NCBI GenBank assembly: GCA_963752285.1
Contig: CAVVXN010000002.1
Location: forward strand, 160,001-224,000
Source: an uncultured Planctomycetota bacterium
Lineage (GTDB): Bacteria > Planctomycetota > PLA2 > JAEUHO01
Direction: 5' to 3'
DNA: 64,000 nucleotides
This document shows, piece after piece, positions 48,197 to 55,644 of the stretch (position 1 is its first letter; each line of letters begins with the position of its first letter). The notes beneath the pieces were generated by a model that saw nothing but the letters and a program-made list of their open reading frames with translations, did not search any database and had not been told where the DNA came from. Both the position numbers and the translations under genes were made by a program.

Positions 48197-48400
48197 CCCC
48201 CAGTCGCCGGCGGGCCGGCCCGCGTCGTCCGCCGGGCCGACGGCCCGCCCGGCTGCCGTCATCACGGGCGTGTCTCCGTCATAGCGCCTTGTGAGGACGT
48301 ACAGCCGCCTACGAGCGCGCCCCCCGGCTCGTTCCCGAACGCGGGAGGCTCCACCTTCGCGGCCGTACGGCCGATGACGGTAGGAGAGGCTCGGGCCCCC

Positions 48401-48429
48401 TTGCCGGGCCGGCCCTCCATCCGTAGGAT
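48401..48429 (+). promoter_or_regulatory. Sigma-70-type promoter candidate for the small Cys-rich ORF
   Basis: TTGCCG-N17-TAGGAT. Confidence 0.45.
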
Positions 48430-48451
48430 GCTTGATCCGGCGCGCGAGACC

Positions 48452-48646
48452 ATGGCGAAGAAGAAAGACTGCTTCGGTTCCGAGACCTACGTCTGCCGGA
48501 CGCAGAGCTGCCCGTACGTGTCCGAGTGCGTGCAAGCCGTCTGGGAGAAGAAGCTCCGACGGATCATGACCCGCAAGGGCGCCCGTCTCGACGCGCGCGC
48601 GGACTCGTCGATCCGCGTGCGGTCGAAGGAGTTCCTCGCGCGCTGA
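48452..48646 (+). CDS. Small basic four-Cys protein (64 aa)
   Basis: MAKKKDCFGSETYVCRTQSCPYVSECVQAVWEKKLRR...; coding-like GC3 pattern; candidate promoter upstream. Confidence 0.65.
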   Translation: MAKKKDCFGSETYVCRTQSCPYVSECVQAVWEKKLRRIMTRKGARLDARADSSIRVRSKEFLAR

Positions 48647-48709
48647 CGCGGGACGCGTCGCTGGGCGGGCCTCGCCCTTCGCGTCGGCGCGGGCGGCAAG
48701 CGGAACGCC

Positions 48710-50017
48710 TCAGCCCGTCCAGCTCCCGCGCATCCACAGCCGGAAGCCGACGTCCTCGAAGCGTGCGCCCTTGTCGCGGTAGCCCAACGAGTCGGGCTCG
48801 GTGGTGACCGTGCAGTCGAGGATGCCGTCGAGGTACGAACCGCCCACGGTGGGCGCCGTGGACGCGTCTTCCTCGGGCGGGTTGTCGGGCGCGGCGATCC
48901 CGAAGATCACCCCGCCGTCCGACGTCCTCTGTTCGACGAGGCGGTCGTTCCGGACCCACTCGCGCGCGTTGCCGCTCATCGCCCAGATGTCCTCGGGCGT
49001 CACGCCGCCGCCGTCGTCGCTGTAGCGGTAGTCCACCGGGAGCAGCTCGGCCGTCTGGTCCTCGTGCCAGAAGCTTTGACTGTTGCACGCATACACGAGC
49101 GGCTCGTCGCCCCACGGGTAACGGCGCTTGCCGTCGCCCGCGCGTCCCGCGCGGAGCCACTCCCTCAGCGTCGGCAGACGAAGACGGTCGTTGGCTTCCA
49201 GTCCCAGCACGTCGGACGCCCAGGCCGCGAACGCTTCCGCGTCGAGCCACGAGACGTCGGTGACGGGCAGGTTCTCGGGGATGGGGCCCTTCGCCGCCGG
49301 CAGCTCCCAGCGCAGCTCCTCGTACGGCGTCAGGAAGATCCACGACGGCGGGACCACGATCAGCGTGTCGTACCTCTCGGGAAGCGGTGCCGCGAAGTCG
49401 CGAGGGCGGGGGGGATCGCGACCGGAACGTTCGCGCACGACGTCGCGGACGCGGGCCCACCAGTGGTCCACGAACGCCCGTGCGAACCGGAGCCTCTCGG
49501 CGTCCCGCTCCTCCTGGCCCGTCTTCTTCGGACGCCAGGCGTCGCGCAGGAACGCCGGGATCCTCGTGGGGTCTTCCTGGCACGCCTCCACGTACTCCGC
49601 GTACATGCCGCGCGTCACCTCGAACTTGAGCATGCGCTCGGCCCCGACGTGGACCCACTTCAACCCCTCCTTCGACTCCACGTAGTCGGCGAACCCGGCG
49701 TCGAGGGAGACCATGAGCCGTCGCAGGTCGTCCCGCACCGTGAGGCGCGACCGGATCGGGACGACCGCGGGCGTCCCCTTGGCGTGCTCGGGCCCGCGGA
49801 AGGTCCGGATCCCCAGCTGCACGACGCCGACGACCAGGAGCGCGAAGACCAGGAGGACGAGGGCCTGCAGCCAGCGGCCACCCGAACGACGGTCGTCGCG
49901 AGGGGGGACGGGCGTCGGCGCGAGCCGGTAGGCGCAGGCCGGGCAGAACTTCATCGCCCCGGTGACGGGTGTCCCGCAGCGCGGGCATCTCCCGACGTGG
50001 GGCACGGTCTCCGTCAT
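48710..50017 (-). CDS. Zinc-ribbon + TM + formylglycine-generating enzyme (SUMF1)-like domain protein
   Basis: CPRCG...FCPAC; TM helix; FEVT, PVTDVSWLDAEAF, RLPT..EW, YPWG, MSGNAREW, GFR. Confidence 0.85.
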   Translation of the reverse strand: MTETVPHVGRCPRCGTPVTGAMKFCPACAYRLAPTPVPPRDDRRSGGRWLQALVLLVFALLVVGVVQLGIRTFRGPEHAKGTPAVVPIRSRLTVRDDLRRLMVSLDAGFADYVESKEGLKWVHVGAERMLKFEVTRGMYAEYVEACQEDPTRIPAFLRDAWRPKKTGQEERDAERLRFARAFVDHWWARVRDVVRERSGRDPPRPRDFAAPLPERYDTLIVVPPSWIFLTPYEELRWELPAAKGPIPENLPVTDVSWLDAEAFAAWASDVLGLEANDRLRLPTLREWLRAGRAGDGKRRYPWGDEPLVYACNSQSFWHEDQTAELLPVDYRYSDDGGGVTPEDIWAMSGNAREWVRNDRLVEQRTSDGGVIFGIAAPDNPPEEDASTAPTVGGSYLDGILDCTVTTEPDSLGYRDKGARFEDVGFRLWMRGSWTG

Positions 50018-50101
50018 GACGGGCTCGGGCACGGTGTTGGGGGGCGGCGGGGTTGACTCCCGGGCCGCAGCGTCTAGGGTACCCTCCCGCATCCGCGGCG
50101 G

Positions 50102-50176
50102 GCCCTGGTAGCTCAGCGGTAGAGCACCGCTTTCGTAAAGCGGGGGTCGTGAGTTCGATTCTCACCCGGGGCTCCA
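50102..50176 (+). tRNA. tRNA-Thr(CGT)
   Basis: Acceptor stem GCCCTGG/CCGGGGC, D-arm GCTCAGCGGTAGAGC, anticodon arm CCGCT-TTCGTAA-AGCGG, T-arm GTGAG-TTCGATT-CTCAC, encoded CCA. Confidence 0.97.
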
Positions 50177-50302
50177 TCCCCGCGTTCGCCGTACGAGGGC
50201 GCGTGGGGGAGGGCGCGATGCGCCCCTCGCCGGCTCGGGCCGACCGCGGAGGGTACGGCCGACCGGGACCCCGCCCGCCCACGGGCGGCGCGCTCTCGAA
50301 CG

Positions 50303-50335
50303 ACCGCGGGCCGCCGGGTTCCGGCGGCCCGCGGT
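50303..50335. terminator. Perfect hairpin between the convergent tRNA and small ORF
   Basis: ACCGCGGGCCGCCGG-GTT-CCGGCGGCCCGCGGT, 15-bp stem. Confidence 0.55.
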
Positions 50336-50371
50336 ACATGGGGCTTTCGTTCCGCTCGTCTGCTCGGGGGG

Positions 50372-50671
50372 CTAGAAGCCGAGGTGGAACCGGAAGCCCG
50401 CGCGCGGCCACCACCCGTAGGTCCGCGGGGCGTAGTAGTACGTCCGCGGCGCGTAGGAGTACCGGGGCGTGGCGTAGTAGTAGGTCGGGGTCGAGTACCC
50501 GTACCTGGGCGCCGTGTCGTAGTAGCTCTGCGGCGTGTAGAACCGGAACGTCGGCACCGGCAGTGAGATCCCGCCGCCCACGTACAGGTCGGCGCGCGCC
50601 GGCGGTGCCGTCACCAGGGTCGAGGCGGTCAGCACGGCCAGCGCAGCAACGGTCACGAGTAGAGTACGCAT
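50372..50671 (-). CDS. Small secreted Tyr/Pro/Thr-rich repeat protein (99 aa)
   Basis: GGAGG RBS, signal peptide (ARA/D), repeats of the YxYAPRT type, C-terminal GFRFHLGF. Confidence 0.75.
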   Translation of the reverse strand: MRTLLVTVAALAVLTASTLVTAPPARADLYVGGGISLPVPTFRFYTPQSYYDTAPRYGYSTPTYYYATPRYSYAPRTYYYAPRTYGWWPRAGFRFHLGF

Positions 50672-50873
50672 GATCAAACCTCCAATCGTCTGGCCGCATC
50701 CCAACCTAGCCATCTCGCGCGGGGTCGATAACCGACTGGGGGACAACGAGTTGAGAGGGTCGTGCCCCGCACGTGGCGGAGGGCTCAGAGCCCTTCGCCC
50801 CAAGGTCGGCGCGGGTGTGCGCGACGCGTAGCGCGCGAGGGGGCTTGGTCCGCGGCGTGCGAGCCGTCGCCGG

Positions 50874-52694
50874 ATGCGACCCGACGCGGACCGTTCCCCG
50901 ACCGACAGCCCGACCTCGTCTCGCGGCGTGCTCGCCGGCCGCGCGGCGATCCCGTCCACGCCCCGGTCCACGATCTTCCTGACGGCGCTCCTCGCCGTCG
51001 CCGCGCTCTACCTCGGTCGCGTCTTCTTCGTCCCGCTGGCTCTCGCCGGCCTGTTCGCGTTCCTGCTCGCGCCCATCGCGGAGTTCCTCGAGAGGAGGAT
51101 CCGCGTGCCGCGCGTTCCCGCGTCGATCCTCTCGATCGCCGGCGCGACCTGTCTCTCTGCGGGACTCGCGTGGATGGTGGCGATCCAGGCCTTCTCGATC
51201 CTCGAGCAACTGCCGACGTACCGCGACAACATCCAGGCCAAGTTCCGCACGTTCCAGGGCATCCGCGAGAACATCGAGTCGGTATCGGAGAACCTGGACC
51301 AGGTCCGCAAGCACCTCGACGGCACCGCGCCTCCGGACAACGTCGGCCCGGAGCCGCTGCCCGAGCCGAAGCCCGAGGAGACGCCGCAGAGGGTGGCGAT
51401 CGCCACGCCGCCCCCGACCCTTCTCCAGACGGCGACGAGGTACCTCGGTCCCTTGCTCGGCCCGCTCTCCACCGTGGGCCTGGTCCTCGTGCTGACGCTC
51501 TTCATGTTGCTCGGCCGCGAGGGCCTGCGCGACCGCATCGTCCGCATCCTCTCGCGCGACCACGCCACCCTCACGAACCGCGCGCTCGACGAGGCGACGC
51601 GACGCGTGAGCCAGTACCTCCTCACGACCCTCGCCGTCAACGGCGTGTACGGGATCGCGATCGGGACGGGCCTGGTCCTGCTGGGCATCCCGAAGGCGTT
51701 CCTGTGGGGGCTGCTCGCGACCCTCCTGCGGTTCATCCCGTACGTCGGACCGTTCGTGGCCGCCTCCCTTCCGATCGTGCTGTCGCTCGCCGTGTTCGAG
51801 ACGTGGAGCCACGCGCTCTCCGTCCTCGCGCTCTTCCTGGTCGTGGACGCCACGACGGCCAACTTCGTGGAGCCGCACGTGTACGGCAGGCGAACCGGGC
51901 TCTCCTCGCTCGCGATCCTCCTCGCCGCCTTCTTCTGGGTCTGTCTCTGGGGCGTGCCCGGGCTCTTCCTGTCCGTGCCCCTCACCCTGTGTCTCGCGGT
52001 CGCGGGGCGGTACGTGCCCGAGTTCGGCTTCCTACACCTGCTCTTGTCCGACGACCCGAGCGCGGTACCCCCCACGCGCTTCTACCAGCAGCTCGCCACG
52101 GGTCGCCAGCACCGCATGTTCGACCTCGCGATCCGCCACCGCGAGGTCCACGGACTGCTCTCCCTCTACGACGACCTCGTCCTTCCCGTCGAACGCATCG
52201 TCGAGGACGCGGAGGAGCGGGGCCACATCTCGTCGAGGACCCGTGCGCAGATGCAGAGCGACCTCGAGTCGCTCCTCGCGAGACTGTGCGAGTCGTCGCC
52301 GGCGAGCGCCCCTCTCGTGGCGCGTGGACGCGCTGTGTGCGTGCCCGTGCACGCCGACGCCGACGACCTGGTCACGCGGGCGCTCTCCCACGTGCTCGCG
52401 GACGCGGGTTACCGGGTCGAGCGGCTCGCGTCCCTGGAGGGCCCGACGCCGCCCGTGGACCGCGACCCGCCCGATGCCGACGTGCTCCTCCTGGTCGCGT
52501 CGCCGCGCGACGTGAAGCGCCTGGGCCCGCTGCTCGCCTGGCTGAAGCCCCCGGGGGCGCGCGCCCGGGTCGTGGCCGTGGTGTGGAGCCGCGCGCGACT
52601 CTCGGAGGAGATGGCGACGCGCCTCGAGGCGCTCGGCGCCGACCATGCGAGCGCCACGCTCCGCGGGGCGCTCGGCTTTGCCCTGACCCTGTGA
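50874..52694 (+). CDS. AI-2E (PerM) family transporter with a C-terminal soluble extension
   Basis: LRDRIVR, RVSQYL, LRFIPYVGP, EPHVYG..TGLS, WGVPGLFLSVPLT. Confidence 0.9.
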   Translation: MRPDADRSPTDSPTSSRGVLAGRAAIPSTPRSTIFLTALLAVAALYLGRVFFVPLALAGLFAFLLAPIAEFLERRIRVPRVPASILSIAGATCLSAGLAWMVAIQAFSILEQLPTYRDNIQAKFRTFQGIRENIESVSENLDQVRKHLDGTAPPDNVGPEPLPEPKPEETPQRVAIATPPPTLLQTATRYLGPLLGPLSTVGLVLVLTLFMLLGREGLRDRIVRILSRDHATLTNRALDEATRRVSQYLLTTLAVNGVYGIAIGTGLVLLGIPKAFLWGLLATLLRFIPYVGPFVAASLPIVLSLAVFETWSHALSVLALFLVVDATTANFVEPHVYGRRTGLSSLAILLAAFFWVCLWGVPGLFLSVPLTLCLAVAGRYVPEFGFLHLLLSDDPSAVPPTRFYQQLATGRQHRMFDLAIRHREVHGLLSLYDDLVLPVERIVEDAEERGHISSRTRAQMQSDLESLLARLCESSPASAPLVARGRAVCVPVHADADDLVTRALSHVLADAGYRVERLASLEGPTPPVDRDPPDADVLLLVASPRDVKRLGPLLAWLKPPGARARVVAVVWSRARLSEEMATRLEALGADHASATLRGALGFALTL

Positions 52695-52730
52695 CGGGGC
52701 CTTCCTCCGTGGCGATGGACCGCGCCGGGC

Positions 52731-52770
52731 CGTGCCGATTCGGCGTCGTCCCGCGTGCCGATTCGGCGTC
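52731..52770. repeat. Two identical 17-bp direct repeats, each internally palindromic
   Basis: CGTGCCGATTCGGCGTC at 52731 and 52754 (period 23 bp); core GCCGA-T-TCGGC. Confidence 0.8.
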
Positions 52771-52869
52771 TTCTTGCGCGCCGAACGGCAGATCCTGCCC
52801 GAGGGGCAGGGCGCCCTCGGGGCGCCGCGCCGGGCCCCGCGCGCGGGACGGCACGGATTCGCGGGGACG

Positions 52870-52885
52870 CGGCATGGGCTTTGCG
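52870..52885 (+). promoter_or_regulatory. Sigma-54 promoter candidate for the yqjD/E/K-like cluster
   Basis: CGGCAT-GGGCT-TTGCG, GG-N10-GC spacing. Confidence 0.55.
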
Positions 52886-52937
52886 ACCGCTTCTTGTTTG
52901 TCGGCGCCCCCTGTCCGTCGGGTGCGAAGGAGCGGTG

Positions 52938-53270
52938 ATGATCATGTCGAGCAAGACCGAAGACGCCAAGTCGGACCTGAAGCAGCTTCGCGAGGACCTC
53001 GCGCAGGTGCGCTCGGACCTCGGCGAGCTCGCCCAGACGCTGTTGTCGATCGGCCGCGGGAAGGTCTCCTCGGCCCGCGAGGGCGTGAGCGACGCCGCGG
53101 ATGCCGGGCTCGGCAAGCTGAAGGACGTGCTCGAGGGGATCCGGGAGCGCAACCGCGCCGCCCGGGAGAAGCTGCGCCACCAGGTGGAGATGCACCCGGC
53201 GGCGAGCGTCTTCGCCGCGCTCGGGCTGGGATTGGTGCTCGGGAAGATCCTGAGCCACCGTCGGAACTGA
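52938..53270 (+). CDS. DUF883 (ElaB/YqjD)-like tail-anchored protein
   Basis: AAGGAG RBS; coiled-coil; C-terminal HP..SV..ALGLGLVLG + basic tail. Confidence 0.8.
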   Translation: MIMSSKTEDAKSDLKQLREDLAQVRSDLGELAQTLLSIGRGKVSSAREGVSDAADAGLGKLKDVLEGIRERNRAAREKLRHQVEMHPAASVFAALGLGLVLGKILSHRRN

Positions 53271-53272
53271 GG

Positions 53273-53560
53273 TTGGCCACCGTCGTGGGTCGTCTCGCCG
53301 AGCTCCTGCTCGTGGGCGCGGACCTCCTCGCCAACGAGTGGAGGAGGCTCGCGCGCGCGCAGGTCCGCGTCCTCCGCGCGGCCGCGTTCGCGTGCGTGTT
53401 CGCCGCGCTGCTGCTCGTGGGGCTCGGGTTCCTCGTCGCGGCGGTGTACCTCGCGCTCGAGCCTGCGGTCGGCCCTCCGCTCGCCGCGTTGTTCACGGGG
53501 ACGGGGACCGCGGTCGCCGGGCTCCTCGGGCTGCTCCTCCTGCGCGGGACCCGCGGATGA
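53273..53560 (+). CDS. YqjE/holin-X-like two-TM protein
   Basis: Two TM helices; position directly after the DUF883 gene; start codon uncertain. Confidence 0.6.
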   Translation: MATVVGRLAELLLVGADLLANEWRRLARAQVRVLRAAAFACVFAALLLVGLGFLVAAVYLALEPAVGPPLAALFTGTGTAVAGLLGLLLLRGTRG

Positions 53561-53742
53561 CGGAGTCGGAGGCCCGCGAGAAGCTCGAGTCGATCGCGGC
53601 GAGGGGCGCCTCGGCCCGCGCGTGCCCATGGACCGCGGTCGCCTGGGGGTTCGGCGTCGGGTTCGCGCTGGGGCGCTTCCCGTGGCTCGCGCGACGGGCA
53701 CGCGGGGTCCTCGAACGGGCGCTCCGGGTCGTGCTCGGGTAA
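53557..53742 (+). CDS. Small membrane protein (YqjK-like)
   Basis: ATGA overlap with the upstream gene; PWTAVAWGFGVGFALG helix. Confidence 0.55.
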   Translation: MTESEAREKLESIAARGASARACPWTAVAWGFGVGFALGRFPWLARRARGVLERALRVVLG

Positions 53743-53807
53743 TCGCGCGTCCCTCGCGCGCCGGGCTCCGCCGGCCGCCGGCCGCCGGGCGCCGGCGCTC
53801 CGAGACC

Positions 53808-54758
53808 TCACCGCGCGCGGACGAGCTCCCACTCGTCGATGCCCTCGGCGGCGAGGAGCGGGCGCACGTCGTCCAGGAAGCGCCCGCCGTCGCCGCGATA
53901 GCCCGCGGTCGGCGCGAGGTCCGGGAGCCGCTCCGAGAACCACGCGTTCAGCCGGTCCATGTAGAGCTCCCGCACGAGCTTCGCGGCCATCGAGGCCCAG
54001 CCGACGAGCAGGGCGCGGGCGTCGCCCGAGGTCAGGACGCGCACGTCGAACCTCCGCCCCGGGAGGACGAGGACGTACCGCGCGTCGCCCTTTGGCGCGG
54101 GTCGCGGGTCCACGGACGCGAACGGGAAGAGGCCCGAGAGCCACTCCGCGTAGTCGAGCCGCCCGCCCTGACGGTCGAGGACGATCTCGGCCTCGGCGTC
54201 GTCGGTCGTGTCGAGGAGGCGGAGCAGCACCTCGCCCGTCGCGAGCGCGAGCGCGCGAGCCTTGTTGCCGAGCCGGTCGATCGTCCGGTTGAGCTCGCCG
54301 GCGCCCATGGGGCGAAGCGCGAGCCCCGCAGCCGAGACTCCGTGCTTCGAGACGTGCTGCCGGAGACGCGCCGGCGGCGCCTCGGGGAACGGGACGCCCT
54401 CCAGGCCCGCCGCCCAACGCGGCGGTGCGAGGTCGGACGCGCCGAAGACGCCGTAGCATGCCAGCGCGTCGGCGAGGGACCGCGGCGGCGCGTGCCCGAG
54501 CGCCTCGACGAGCGCGTGCACGCCGCGGACGAGCCCGGCGCGTCCCAACCGGCCGTGTACGACCTTCGAGTCGTCCACCACCACGGGGCGCCCCGCGTCG
54601 AGAGCGCCGGCCACCCGGCGGGGGCGCCGGATGACCCGTCGTGCGAGCGCCCGCGCGAGGTCCCCGGCGCCGTTCGGCGTCCGCCAGGACACGCCGGCGA
54701 CGACGAGCGGACCGAGCAGCGGGCCGTAGCCCGCTTCGTCGATGCCGATGTGGAGCAC
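53808..54758 (-). CDS. Ribonuclease HII-like protein
   Basis: GIDEAGYGPLLGPLVV, DSK, D.QGGR, ASMAAK..RE, GY. Confidence 0.82.
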   Translation of the reverse strand: MLHIGIDEAGYGPLLGPLVVAGVSWRTPNGAGDLARALARRVIRRPRRVAGALDAGRPVVVDDSKVVHGRLGRAGLVRGVHALVEALGHAPPRSLADALACYGVFGASDLAPPRWAAGLEGVPFPEAPPARLRQHVSKHGVSAAGLALRPMGAGELNRTIDRLGNKARALALATGEVLLRLLDTTDDAEAEIVLDRQGGRLDYAEWLSGLFPFASVDPRPAPKGDARYVLVLPGRRFDVRVLTSGDARALLVGWASMAAKLVRELYMDRLNAWFSERLPDLAPTAGYRGDGGRFLDDVRPLLAAEGIDEWELVRAR

Positions 54759-54837
54759 GAGGCCTCCCCGAGCGTGGCGGGCCGAGGGTACCGCTCTCCG
54801 GGGACGCCGAGCGCGGATCGGCCGAAGCCGGGGGGGG

Positions 54838-55548
54838 TCAGAGCCTCTCCACCCCGAGCGAGGCGATTACCGCTTCCAGGGCGTGCGCGAGCTCCTTCCG
54901 GTCGCGACCCGCCGGCTCGATGAGGGGCGCGATGCGGATCTCGACGCGACCGCCGCGCCGCGGTCCCCAGGAGCCCTTGGGCATGACCGCGCCGGTTCCG
55001 AAGATCGCGACGGGCTGGATCGGGAGGTCTCCGAGGACGGCGATCTGGAAGGAGCCCGGCTTGAAGGACCGCATCCGGCCGTCGGTGCTCCGCGTGCCCT
55101 CCGGGAACACCGCCGCGGCCAGGCCCCGGTCGCGCGCGCGGCGCGCGGCCTGCTCCACGACGTCCTTCCCGGCGCGTGCGCGGCCCCGGTCGAGGAAGAA
55201 GTGACCCGAGGTCCATGCGTACCAGCCCACGAGCGGCAGCCGCCGAAGCTCCTCCTTCAGCACGAATCGCACGCGAAGCGGGAGGAGGTAGCTGAGGAGG
55301 AGCGGCGGATCGAGGAACGAGTTGTGGTTCGCGACGACGAGACGGGCGCCCCGGCGCCCGAGGTTCTCCCGGCCCGTCACGACGACGCGGCAGCCCGCCG
55401 CGAACAGGAGGCACCGGCCCCACGCGGCGACGACGAGCTCCTCGACGCCCAGCCGCGGAAAGAGGACGTGCGTGAGCATCGAGAGGACGAAGCCCACCGC
55501 CGTGAGGGGGACCACGACCAGGAAGAAGACGAGGTGACGGAGGACCAT
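54838..55548 (-). CDS. plsC: 1-acyl-sn-glycerol-3-phosphate acyltransferase
   Basis: NHNSFLD (HX4D), FLDR, FPEGTRS. Confidence 0.9.
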   Translation of the reverse strand: MVLRHLVFFLVVVPLTAVGFVLSMLTHVLFPRLGVEELVVAAWGRCLLFAAGCRVVVTGRENLGRRGARLVVANHNSFLDPPLLLSYLLPLRVRFVLKEELRRLPLVGWYAWTSGHFFLDRGRARAGKDVVEQAARRARDRGLAAAVFPEGTRSTDGRMRSFKPGSFQIAVLGDLPIQPVAIFGTGAVMPKGSWGPRRGGRVEIRIAPLIEPAGRDRKELAHALEAVIASLGVERL

Positions 55549-55644
55549 TCGGACTCACTGCCGGCGACCGGGCCCGGGCCGAGGGCGCGCGGGGCCCGCG
55601 CCCCGACCCCCCGTCCCGTTCCCGTCCGGCGATCGCGAGGCCCG

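Noticed and set aside
52731..52790. Mini CRISPR array
   Set aside because: Only two 17-bp copies with a 6-bp spacer and no cas genes; better explained as operator sites.
50102..53742. Genomic island or prophage integrated at tRNA-Thr, with a holin-like gene
   Set aside because: No integrase, no duplicated tRNA 3' end seen and no obvious composition shift; the holin-like gene sits in a yqjD/E/K-type context.
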